From the NCBI RefSeq assembly GCF_009914755.1, contig NC_060926.1: a DNA stretch of 64,000 bases, one strand, 5' to 3'. Positions 39,101 to 51,605 of this stretch are shown one piece after another. Within the stretch, counting starts at the first letter, position 1. Each line of letters begins with the position of its first letter. The position numbers and the translations under genes were made by a program. Origin of the DNA: the human T2T-CHM13v2.0 reference genome, Homo sapiens. The notes below the pieces were generated by a model. It was not told the DNA's origin, made no database searches, and saw only the letters and a program-made list of their open reading frames with translations.

Positions 39101-42100
39101 ATGAAAAGATCATAGAGGCTATACCAACTCACACAGCTGATGCAATTATTAAAGGAAATAATGTTTGAGAAACTGCATTATAGACTACAACAATAAGCTC
39201 ACTAAAGAGTAGATTAGGCAGACAAACTGAGGACAGATTTGGGGGACAGTTAACAACCATCTGAGAAGTACGTGTTTTTTTCTGGAGGTGGTTTTATTTT
39301 GTAGATGACTTTTGAGGTAGAAAATGAACCTGGAAGTAATGTAGAAAAGAAAGTAATCTGAGAATAAAAGTCCAGGAACCAACTGAAGATGATTATGAAA
39401 GTATGGATCAGAGATAATAATTGCCTAAATTGAGTAATAATAGAATACAATGAAAAGGAGAAGTGAACCTCAGATGAATAAAAGAAGGAGAAACAATAAA
39501 CCAGGGTAACTGATTTAATGTGGGTGACAAGAGTGAGAGAGGAACAAAAGTGATCATATTTTTAGCCCAAGTGACTAAAAGGATGCCATGGTCATTAACC
39601 AAAGGAAGACACCTACGATATTTGGGGAAGACAAGTAGCATACCAGGATTTGTCTGGATTTCTAAGTGAACATATTTTGACCTCACAGGAATAGGGCTCG
39701 GGAGAGAGGTTGGAGGTGGAGGAATTGCTTAGAGATTCATCAGTATAGATTTTATATCTTATAGAAAATAAATTAAATGGAATTAAAAATAATAAGACTC
39801 AAACCCCAGTCTTCTGGTCATAACTGAGGAGCCCCAATACAGATTATAGCATGTTTCTGAATGTCATCCCTTTAGAGAAAGTGCTTTCTATTTAAGTCTG
39901 CTTAGAAAAATCAATTTGAAGTCTCGCTTAGGCAAAATGACACTTCTTTGGGAAGGGGAATTGCATAATTCTAGAGCATGACTGAGATGCTTTACCTTTT
40001 TAGGGCCTGTTCCCTAGGGAACATTTGTGAGGAGGAGGGCTCTCCGGAATAACTTGTAACAAGTGACACTCGAAGCTTCCAAAAGCATCCAGAGTTGGGG
40101 GCATCAAGGCAGGTGCATGATGGGAAGATGGTAGATCCAGCAGCGAGTCTGGTTGGGAGATGTGGCAACACAGCATTCAACAGCCTCAGGGCAGGTGCAG
40201 GTGGTGCCATAACCCCAGACATTGCAGTAGGGATTCAAGAGCATTACTCTTATTTTGAGACAAGTTTTACAGGTGTGATTTGGGATGTCATCCCTGAAAA
40301 AGGACTGAATACTATCAATAAGTGACATTTAATCTTCAGGTAAAAGGAATAGGAGAGCCAGAACCAAACCTGAGCATGTTTAAGGGCCTGAATTTCAGGA
40401 TGAAGCAGAAAGATTCATTTATCACATTAGAAGCCAGGACAACTGATGCTGAGGCACAAAGTGTTGAGTTTAAAGCCTTGGCTGCTACTCAAAGTGTAGT
40501 TCTCAGAGAAGCAGAACTGCCGTCTCCAGGAGCTTGTAAGAAAGAGGGAGAAAGGAGCGGGGACCAGATGTCCTTGGTGGTTCCTTCCAGTGGTGACCTT
40601 GCTCTGCATGAATTGGGTTGGAGTTTACATTAGAAAATAAGGATAGGTAAGTAGTGGGTTCAATTTTTTTAGAGGATGAAGAATGGAGATGTTAAAAGCA
40701 ATAAAAGAAAGCAGAGAATATTTGATGATGTATTCCATACAGCAGGCTAGGCCTAAGAGATGAGGGGGAGTAAAGGTCACTAGAATTCTGAGCTTAGATC
40801 AGTGGGAAATGGTTGTATCATTAATTTTAAAAAATGCATTTTCAGAAGGGGGAATTTTTTTTTGGTTGAGGGAAGATTGTAATCTTATAAACCATGACTT
40901 TTAAAATATCACCAATAAATTTATAATCAATCCTTTGCCATAATTTATAGTGACATATTATTAGATGGTGACCTAAAAATTTTGCATAATTTTATAAAAT
41001 AATGATTTTTTAAAAAAAATCCTCTTCAGAAGCCCCCAAAGAAATATTATACCCATATAACATTATACATCATACAACATTTAAAATGTTAGTCCCTTAG
41101 AAAACATTAAGAAGAACTTCATTGAAAAGTGTTCCTTTCTATGTAGGATAGATGAGGATTAAATATCACTCATGGAGAGACAGATGATTTCTAATTTTTA
41201 AATGTTTTATTCTTCTGTGCCATTTCATTGGAATAAGGAGCAGGCTTCCAATATAACTGACATTACCCTTAAGATGGTACAGCCGGTGAAAAGCATTAAA
41301 TATATACATATCTGTGGAAAACAGTTTGGATGCTTCCACCCTCTCCTTTGTTCCGGTTCTGGAAGCAGCACCACATCCCAAACTTTTCAGCAACTCGTTG
41401 AAGAAATTTCAAGTCAGATTTCCTAGACTCTTGCAGAATCTCTTTATCCACTCTTGAGGTTCTTTAACACAGATTAATATTTCCCTTTGTATGATTGAGA
41501 GCATGAATCTTATTTCTGAGCTACCTGAAGACCTTCAAATTACTTACTTTCATGGCAAAGTGCATTAAGGCAGGCATGTTACTGCGCAAGACCCCCTGAA
41601 CCTCTTCTTCACAGTCAGAATTGGGAGAATTAGGCACTGCCGGGCTGTCGCACTGTCAGACGCTGAAAAACAATGAGCTTTGTGGAAGTGCAAAGGAAGC
41701 AAGAAGACCACTGCCGCTGCCACTTACGCAGACACTGGCTCATCATTTACTGTGGAAAACTAGCGATTAGACTACAATAGCAGCTGTAGCTTAGTGATTT
41801 GCCTTTAAAAATTTTTTAAAAGCAGTGCCCAGAAACCAGCACCTGGACAATGCATTTGCCACCTAATCATCCTCAAAGGATGTTCTGTCTGACAGGTCAA
41901 AGATACCTTTCCCAGGAATTACGGGTTTTTATTTTACGAATGCATAATGCTTGCTAATGTGTTGGAGAGGGACTTCGTTGCTGAGTTTCCAATCACAAAG
42001 CTGGGTCTCAGGCACTTCTTTTACTCCTGGTCAGTCCCTCACAGCACTGTTTTTCACTACAGACACAGAGTGAGAACATGAAGACCTGCGGGGCACAGGT

Positions 42101-42699
42101 GTAAGCGAGGACAGTCCCACTGTGAACACCTAAGGTGTTCTTCTGCCTTGTAACTCTTTCTATTTTCTTTGATACTGTAACAATGTAATAGTATTTAAAC
42201 ATGCTTACTCTGGAGAGTTTCATTAAAACAAAGCAGAAAACCAAACCAAACTTGCCTAACTGCAAAATGCGAGGAAATGATTACTACAGAAACACCTAGC
42301 AGTTCCACGCAAAGGGAAAAACAATTCTGCAAAATTTAAACTTGATGACATTTGTAAAATAACGTCACGCAATCACAGACCCTCATCTTACCAGGAAGAA
42401 ATGGGGGCTCAGAGAACTGATTTTCCCAGGTAAAAATGTCAGTCAGTGACAACTTGGCACCACAAACATTTGAATATCTTCCACTCAATATATCCTGGGC
42501 AAGGCTGTGGGGATTCAAAGATGAGAATACCCATTGATATTCTCCACATGGTTCCCAGTCCAGGCAACAGAGCTGCGTGCAGACAGAGGCGGTGTAAGGA
42601 GGAATGGAGTGATGTCAGTTGGCCCTCTTTCCATTGTACCATGTGGTCCTCCCTCATACAACTACTCCGCTTACGGAATCTCATCAAATCTGCTACCAC

Positions 42700-43200
42700 A
42701 TATTTATTTGCATTAATAAATATCTATTAACAGCTACTTAGAACAAGACACGGAGCTATGGGATATAGATAGTATCAACATAAGGAATCCATAATCCCTT
42801 TCTTTAAAGCATTTATCATCCAGCAATCAGAATGACGCTGTTGAAAGACAGTTGGAATGCAGAACGGAGGTGGTAGAGAGTTCTAGAAGGCACACACGGA
42901 AAGTCCAGACTGGGGCAGATGGAAGGAGGTGTCTGATGAAGGACGATCATAACTAAAGTATATGCAAAGGCACACAGGGGCAGAAAAGCCCAAGCTATGT
43001 TCTGGGGACACCAGGTTTGGTGCAGGACATTTGGCTGTGGGATGCAGAAGGATGGAAGTGGGAACAGAGGATGAATGGCAGCTGTTCTCTGCTGTGGCTG
43101 GAGGGAAAAGGCAAGGCTGGGAAGCTGGGCTCGTTTTTAGACGTTAATATAATCTTTGGACATTTTTGAACTCAGAGAAATTGATATTTTTACTTTTATG
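42700..43200 (-). mobile_element. L2 fragment
   Basis: ATTTATTTGCATTAATAAATATCTATTAACAGCTACT followed by a purine-rich L2-like body. Confidence 0.5.
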
Positions 43201-46092
43201 TTTTAGAAATTTTGGCCAGACAGTAGTAGAAAGACAAAACTGGATAAAGTTGAATATGTAAGCCTTGTTCTGATCTTTGGGTCATGGTACCTAGTCTTCT
43301 TACTGGCTGCATAAATAACACACTTCTGCTCCCATGGGTCCTTTAAACAACCAGTCCTGCATATTCCAAGGATTACAGCCTCATGTCTGATGATACAAAG
43401 GTACTTCAAATATAATTCAAGCCAAACCTCTCATATTCACAGTAAGAAAATTGAGACAAAGATAAGTGAAGTGACTTTTAATGGTACTCCCTTTGACATC
43501 TGTAAAATGAAAGTCTTTACCATACAGCACACTCACATAGAGAGGAGTCTGTGTCCACTGGCAGCTGCTTCTCAGCTTCATCCACACTGTGGCCACGGAA
43601 AGGCCTGCCCTCCTGTTCCTTTCCTTAGAAAATTAATTTCTTGAGCCTAATTTGGTGGAAATGTGGATCTACTGCATATCCTGTGCAGGTTTAAAAAAAG
43701 CACTTAATTGCTAATTGCCACTCATCCTTTTGGGCCCTCTGGCATATGCAATATTTCATAGCTTCTCTAAACTCACCAACGATAAAATGTTCAAGCTAAA
43801 TGCATAGGGTCAATAGGCTGACTTCCAGATTCCATGTACATTTTGTTTTAGTGTATTATCCATGCTGTAGGCATATACTTCAATACTTTTCCTTTACGCT
43901 GCAATACCTCAGGGGAAACTGAGGCTGTGATGCATCTTTGACTGAAGGAGTCCTGTGAAAACCAGGAAAGGCAGAGGCAGACTTAAGGTCATAGTGTGTA
44001 TATGACACGTAATTTCTTGTGTTAAAATACATACTTACCATCTCTGCCCCCACCAACAAACAAAAAAACACACAGACAAAACCTGTGTGAACCTCTGATT
44101 GTCTGGAGGTAAAGGTGGAATCTATGTTTGGGTCAGAAACAAACAACATGATGGGCTTAAAATTAATGTGTCAAATGTGAAATGTAAATCACATCTCAGC
44201 TGCAAATACTTAACCAGATAGACGTGAGAAGCAAAGAAAAAGAAGTGGCTTCCTTTAAAAAGATCTACTACTGGCATCCAGATTGTACTCTTGGATCTGA
44301 ACCCCACTCCTCCTAAATTCTCATGTGCTTTTCCACATCTCTTCCCAAGTCTGCTCCAGGAAAGTTAACAAGAGATGAGCTCAGCTCTAAGGAAATGAAG
44401 GGTCCTATGTACTTGGAAGATCATTAGAGGTAGAATGCAAGATGATGCTTCAATCTCTGAGCCTAAAACGGAAGCCTGCTCACCTGGACTTTGAATCAAT
44501 GTGCTTACTGTTGAGAAATGCACACCATGCATGTTGCTTTGGCAGCGAAGCACGTCACCATCACCGTCTTCCTTTCTCCAGTTCATCTACTATAGCATTT
44601 CAAAGGCTCATGAGGTACTGAAGCAAACACGGGAATCCAACCTCTAATTGAGGGTTGGAAACATAAAGGGAGGTGTACATGAGGCATTGTGATCCCAGCT
44701 ACCCACCAGCCAGCTGCCTTCTGCTTGAGCAATTTATTTGGATTACCACAGTCAAGCTTATCTTTACTCTCACATATTAGACAGGCATAATATTAAGAAT
44801 AAATTATTTTAAATCCCTTCCCTGAAGAAAAAAAAAAAGAAAAGAAAAATATTATGAAAAAGCAACATCTTGTTGCCAGAACTGTTCTGAGACATTAAGA
44901 GTGGGCAACAGCTGCCTATTTTTCACTCCACATCGTAGTTATTAAAAAGAATTCAAATGGTTCGCAGCAGGGATTATGCTCCTGAGTTTGGGGAAGATGT
45001 AAATGCAAACGTCAAGAAAAAACTTCAGTTTGCTCATTGGTGCTCTCCTGTAACACTCCGTGACCTTGTTGGGCTGGGTCTGGAAAGAAGAACATAGACA
45101 GAAACCATTTGGTCAATCCGTGGTCTAAGTTCAGGAAGAATGAAGCACACAGAGAATGCTTTGTGGATATTTTAATTTGAGCCATATTTCTTTGGATTCT
45201 GTCCACAGTGTTTTTAATTTCATCAATTTGTAATTTATTATAGTGACAATATGAGTTGTCATATTTCTGCTTTTACTCATTGCAAACAAAAAGGCTTCCG
45301 TAGAGTCAGCTTTCTCCAGAACTGGGGTTGAGTCATCTGTGCCCTCATTTTCATCAGCTTCCTTAGATTTCCTTGAAAACAAAAAAGGTCAACGATGAAT
45401 TTTTATAGAGTTTCAAAAAGGTGTCAAAATCGCGTTCTCAAATGCTACAGTACGTTAAGCAACATAGACACCGTACTTGTCCAAATGTCTTTCTGCTGGG
45501 GAGAATAAATGGGAGCAGACCAGGTGTGTTTAAGCTGGGACTGCGTGACTGTCATCCTCCCAGCTGAGCTTGCCAGGGCGGAAGAATCATCTTCACCCTC
45601 CTCTGTGAGTTGAGTGACTGCTTTCTAACTCCTGCATCCTGAATGTCCCACCTGGGTTTCTTCCCAGTGTTCTTTCCAACCGGTTGGAGCCTCTCCAGTT
45701 ACTTATCTCTCCTCAGTCTTCTTCTACCTGGTGCTCCGTTCTCTACCCCATAGTCTTCTTTGACAGCCAAAGTAATTTTATGAAGTAAATGTCAAATGAT
45801 GTTCACCCCCTTATTCAGCAGAATTAAGCTCCCACTCATAGGCATGGCTCATATATGTCTCTGCTAACCTTAGATGGGCCATTACCTCACTTCCTCTGTG
45901 TCCATTTCCCTCCAGTTACCTCTTCCCTGTTCCCAAACCCATGACACATTTCACACCTTTAGACCATTGCTTTTACTATGTTTGCTGCTTGCTGTTTTCT
46001 CTCTCCCCAAATCCAGGCACTCTTCTCTTACCCATGTAGTAAATTACTGTTTAATCTTAAAGATCCAATTGTCAAGATACAAACGTCCCTTC

Positions 46093-46400
<308 letters not shown>

Positions 46401-46474
46401 CCTTCTGTCTTTTTATGTCAACCCATGTCCAGTTGGCTCAGCCAGCTGTCTTTCTGTAACCTTTGTGGGCGTGA

Positions 46475-46715
46475 CAGTGTGTGTGGTTCAAAGGCAGGCA
46501 GCTGCCAACAAGCCCGTGTCTGAAACCCACTTCAGCCCTAGTCAGATAATCTTAGCAATTCATTTATCCTCACGTGGTTTCATTCCTCACCTACAAAGAA
46601 GTGATGAGAATAATGAAGGCTGTTTCCAAGGTGCTGTGAGACTTGACGGAGGTCATATATGTAAAAGATGCAGCTCAGTGCCTGACACCATGACAGACAG
46701 AGCCCATTAATATTA
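46475..46715 (+). mobile_element. MIR
   Basis: GTGTGGTTCAAAGGC...TTCCTCACCTACAAA...GCTGTGAGACTT...ATGTAAAAG...CAGTGCCTGACAC. Confidence 0.7.
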
Positions 46716-46723
46716 CCTGTGTC

Positions 46724-46882
46724 AATTATTGCAGTTTTATTTCACATTATTATGTCACTTCAACATATCTCTTTCCCTGCTAGATTGTGTATTTTCTAAG
46801 GGAGAGAATGAGCCTTATTGGCTTTTACAATAAGGTACTTTCTTTCCATCCACATGGCATGGGGCAAGTATACAGTTGGCGT
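46724..46882 (+). repeat. Copy 1 of a local direct repeat (L2-tail-like); copy 2 at 48885-49031
   Basis: CACATTATTATGTCACTTCAACATATCTCTTTCCCTG...CACATGGCATGGGGCAAGTATACAGTTGGCGTG versus CACATTATTAGTCAGTTTAACATATCTCTTCCTG...CACATGACATGGGGCAAGTATACAGTAGGTGTG. Confidence 0.85.
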
Positions 46883-46883
46883 G

Positions 46884-47063
46884 AGGGTTACCAGATACGG
46901 TGCAGGGTGCTTAGCTCAATTTTTCAGGTTAGTAACAAAATTTCTTAGTATATGTCCAAAATATTAAATGTGACATACTTTTACTTAAAATATATTTTTA
47001 GATATTTGAAATACAAATTTGACTGGATGTCCTGTATTTTTATTTGCTAAATCTAGCTACCCC
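46884..47063. mobile_element. MER53 (palindromic hAT MITE)
   Basis: AGGGTTACCAGATA...TGACATACTT...GGATGTCCTGTATTTTTATTTGCTAAATCTAGCTACCC. Confidence 0.85.
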
Positions 47064-47601
47064 AATTGATGCTTATCATCTAAGTTACTTCCTACATCAA
47101 TTTTTTGAGATTAAGATTCGTAAAAGACTCTCCTATGGAGGTGAAGTTATTAGTTGCTTATTGCAAGTATTTGAGACATCAACACTTATTTCCCTGTGAC
47201 CCTGCACTGGATTATGAATGTCTCAGTGGAAACCTCACCATTGTGAAACTAACACAAATAAGCACACTAGAAAAAAAAGTCATCACTACAATTTTTTCCT
47301 TTACTAAGCAGGGGAAATCACCAAGTGAAGTGAAAGGACACAGTGCCATTTCCTTGGAATTTCAGAATTCCCAGGGATCAATGTCCCCTTTCATTCTGCT
47401 GCCTGGAGAAGGGAGTGAGTGAGTCAGAAAGTGAGCCTCAACCCCACCCTTCCAGCACAGTCTCCTAACTCATTCCCTCCTAGCTCTCCTCCCACCTCCA
47501 GTGTTCCTGCCTCTAAAACCTAAAGATGATCAGGAAAGGGGTTGAGAACATAAGTGTCATTGAAATCGAGTCTCTGGGGAAGCCAATATTCTTATGCCTA
47601 C

Positions 47602-47988
47602 TGTATTAGTCCATTTTCACACTGCTATAAAGAACTGCCAAAGACTGGATGGCTTATAAAGGAAGGAGGTTTAATTGGCTTACAGTTCAGCATGGCTAGG
47701 GAGGCCTCAGGAAACTTACAATTATGGCAGAAGGTGAAGGGGAAGGAAGGTACCTTCTTTATAAAGTGGCAGCAAGGAGAATGAACTCAGGAGGAACTAC
47801 CAAACATTTATAAAGCCATTAGATCTTGTGAGAACTCACTCACTATCATAAGAACGGCATGGAGGAAACTGCACCCATGATTCCATTACCTCCACCTGGT
47901 ATCTCCCTTGACAAGTGGGGATTATGGAGATTATGGGGATGACAATTCGAGATGAGATTTTGGGTGGGGACACAGCCAAATTATATCA
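47602..47988 (-). mobile_element. THE1D-like solo LTR
   Basis: TGTATTAGTCCATTTTCACACTGCTATAAAG...GGGTGGGGACACAGCCAAATTATATCA; TSD CCTAC at 47597-47601 and 47989-47993. Confidence 0.93.
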
Positions 47989-48087
47989 CCTACCAAGGAG
48001 AAATAGTACATTCTCTATGATTCAAGAAGATGATGAGAAGGGTAGCCATTACCACCAAGTGACTCACTCATCAGGATCCAGGGCACC

Positions 48088-48252
48088 CCTATAGCTGGAA
48101 CTATGGATTAGAGGGCTTGCTGGGGATGCAGGGGCTTAGGAAGAGAGCCTGCAGCAAGGGAGAGTTGCCTGCAGGCTCCCATTACAAAGAAGAGCCAAGG
48201 TAAGAGAACCATATTGATGCAAGCAGCTCAGGGGAAGTCAACTACTGGCCAC
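48088..48252 (+). repeat. Arm 1 of a ~165-bp inverted repeat; arm 2 at 49030-49195
   Basis: 48165-48207 matches the reverse complement of 49079-49121 at 42/43 positions; the flanks align with more mismatches and indels. Confidence 0.92.
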
Positions 48253-48387
48253 TGTTAGATATGGAAATAATGGATATCACTAGAGGTAGTAGCAGAAATT
48301 CAACTCAACCAATGTAGGCAACCAGTCACAGGGTAAGGAGAAGGGAGGCTGAGGGCAGGCAGGACTCCTGCCTCTTCCCAGGGCCTA

Positions 48388-48892
<505 letters not shown>

Positions 48893-49339
48893 TTAACTTT
48901 TATGCCACATTATTAGTCAGTTTAACATATCTCTTCCTGTTGGATTGCATGTTTCCTAAGGGAAAACATGCCTTTCCAATAAGACACATTATTTTCACTC
49001 ACATGACATGGGGCAAGTATACAGTAGGTGTGGCCACTCTTGTGTAGTTGATTTCTGAGTTGCTCACATCAATATGGGTCTCTTACCTTGGCTCTTCTTT
49101 ATAATGGGAGCCTGCAGGCAATGCTCCCTTGCTTTCCTCTCTCCCTGGGCCCCTGTATCCCCAGCAAGCTCTCTTCTTCATAGGTCCAGCTATGGAATAA
49201 AGGAAGTCAAAGGATCCACAGCAGAAAAATAAGTGTTCTTCATCGTTCAGAAGGAACTCATAAAGATGAAGCTCATCCGTCCTTTGTAGAAATGAATGAT
49301 CTAGTCAAGTCTTTTTTTGGCTATACATTTTTCTTAAAA

Positions 49340-49475
49340 CTTTCTTTCCTTCCTTCCTTCTTCCCTCCCTCCCTCCCTCCCTCCCTCCCTCCCTCCCTCC
49401 CTCCCTTCCTTCCTTCCTACCTTCCTTCCCTCCTTTCTTCCTTTCCTCTTATTCTCTCTCTTTCTCTCTCTCTTG
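49340..49475. repeat. (CCCT)n/(CCTT)n pyrimidine tract
   Basis: Read directly from the sequence. Confidence 0.93.
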
Positions 49476-49539
49476 CTTTATCTTTTGTGTCAAAACCAGC
49501 TCAAGAAATAAAATAGAAAAACCAACCTGGATTGGAAGG

Positions 49540-49966
49540 TGTATTAGTCAGGTTCTCTAGAACTCCTATATATGTATATAGGATTTTATTAAGTATTAAC
49601 TCACAGGATCACAAAGTCCCACATAGGCCGTCTGCAAGCTGGGGAGCAAGGAGAACCAGTTGGAGTCCCAAAACTGAAGAACTTGGAGTCCAATATTCAA
49701 GGGCAGGAAGCATCCAGCATGGGAGAAAGATGTTGGCCGGGAGGCTAGGCCAGTCTAGTCTTTTCACATTTTTCTGCCTGTTTTATATTCTAGCCACACT
49801 GGCAGCTGATTAGATGATGCCCACCCAGATTCAGGGTTGGTCCGCCTTTCCCAGCTCACTGACACAACTGTTAATCTCCTTTGGCAACACCCTTACAGAC
49901 ACACCCAGGATCAATACTTTGCATCCTTCAATCCAACCAAGTTGGCACTCAGTATTAACTATCACA
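49540..49966 (-). mobile_element. MLT2A (HERV-L) solo LTR
   Basis: TGTATTAGTCAGGTTCTCTAG...CCCAAAACTGAAGAACTTGGAGTCC...GGCAACACCCTTACAGACACACCCAGGATCAATACTTTGCATCCTTCAATCC...TATTAACTATCACA. Confidence 0.92.
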
Positions 49967-49992
49967 GAGGCTTTTTTTTTTATAAAATGGAA

Positions 49993-50439
49993 TGCATTAG
50001 TTTTCTGTTACCACTATATAAAATTGCTTAGTGGCTTAAAACAACAATAATTTATCCTCATACAGTCTGGTAGTTGGAAGTCTGAAAGGAACCTAATGGG
50101 CTAAAATCGAGGTCTTAACAAGTCTAGTTCTTTCTAGGGGCTCTAGAAGAGAATTTGTTTTTGGTGTCTTTCAGTTTCTACAGTCTGCCAGCATGCCTTA
50201 GCTTGTGGCTGCACCACTCTGACCTGCCTCCATGGTCACTGCCTTCTCAGTCTGACCACCCTGCATCCCTCTTAGAAAGACCCTTGTCATTTTATGGAGA
50301 CCTCCCAGATAATCCAGGATGGTCTTCTCATTATAAAATCCCTAATCATATCTGCAAATCCATTCTGCCATATATGTTCAGAGGTTCTGGGGATTACAAC
50401 ATGGACACTTTGGGAGTGACCACTGCTCAGTTTACCACA
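49993..50439 (-). mobile_element. MLT1C/D-like solo LTR
   Basis: TGCATTAGTTTTCTG...TAGTGGCTTAAAACAACAA...CCCAGATAATCCAGGATG...TAATCATATCTGCAAA...TTTACCACA. Confidence 0.82.
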
Positions 50440-51196
50440 GAGGCTACCAAATATTCCAAATAAGAGCCTTGAGACAGTGGCCCCCTGGCAGCTTCCCTGG
50501 ACCCCAGCCTGCTCTTGGGTTCTGCTCCAGAACATTGTGTTCTCTTTTCTCTGTATTCCTCACTGCTTTTACTTTGCCCTCTCAGAACACTTGTTTCCTC
50601 TGCTTCTTCTTCAGCTCAATAGTGGCACCCCAAGGCCACCCCAATAGCCATGACACATTAACGTTATACTCCATTACATTCCTCACATGTCCTGAGTCTG
50701 CAGTTTCCATTATTGAGAGAGAGAGAGGCTGAGGTTCCCTGTTAACAAACCTTAGTCCTTGCCGAGTTCCTACCACCTTGTGAGCAAGGGATGCCCCACA
50801 TGTAGAATCAGCCCTGAACTCCACAGCTGTCCTCATGGCTTCTTTGAAAGCCTAGCTTCATGTCTTATTTTCTACTCCTTCCAGTTCTTTTAGCAACACT
50901 CTTTTGAAAACCATGATAATATGACAATACAAGGCACTTCATTAAAGCCACAGGAAAGTAACCTGATAATTTAACAAGGATGCCTGACTTACGTGTAGCC
51001 AGAAATCCATCCCTGCCCTGAAGGAGAATGATATTTTTAATTGTAACAGAAGTTAAGTGCAGCCTTGTTTTAGGAAGACTGTCTTTCTCATGCCTGCTAA
51101 CCTTCATATGCAGAGTTTTCAGATCATTTCAGTCTTTCACCACCCTTCATGGAGAAAACTGACGACAAATGCTTGTTAAAAAGGGTACTAAATACA

Positions 51197-51508
51197 GCAG
51201 GGTGGGGTGGCTCATGCCTGTAATCCCAACACTTTGGGAGGCCAAGGCGGGCAGATCACTCGAGGCCAGGATTTCGAGACCAGCCTAGCCAACATAGCAA
51301 AACCCCATCTCTACTAAAAATACAAAAAAAATTAACTGGGCACGGTGACACATACCTGTATTCCTGCTACTTGGGTGGCTGAGGCACAAGAATCACTTGA
51401 ACCTGGAAGGCAGAGGTTGCAGTGAACCAAGATCATGCAACCGCACTCCAGCATGAGCAAAAGAGAAAGATCCTGACTCAAATAAAATAAAATAATTTAA
51501 AAAATTAA
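51197..51508 (+). mobile_element. Alu (AluSz/J-like)
   Basis: Full Alu; TSD approximately GTACTAAATACA on both sides. Confidence 0.93.
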
Positions 51509-51605
51509 AAAGCAGTACTAAATACAATAAATAAAAATTAGAAGACTACCCTGTGTGGCTTCTTCAGAAAAAAAAAAAAGGTCTCAAATAAAGTTAAAGT
51601 GTTGT

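Noticed and set aside
41663-41749. Extra minus-strand micro-exon (41749-41728) with donor TGC|GTAAGT
   Set aside because: It would need a 22-nt exon and a 65-nt intron, at or below the usual human minimum.
44031-44040. ATACTTACC, identical to the 5' end of U1 snRNA
   Set aside because: The match stops after 9 nt; it is simply the complement of a consensus splice donor.
46884-47063. miR-1302-type miRNA from the MER53 hairpin
   Set aside because: The corresponding segment (ATGTGACATACTTTTACTTAAA) differs from the mature sequence in the seed region and the arms are degraded; no support for a miRNA gene.
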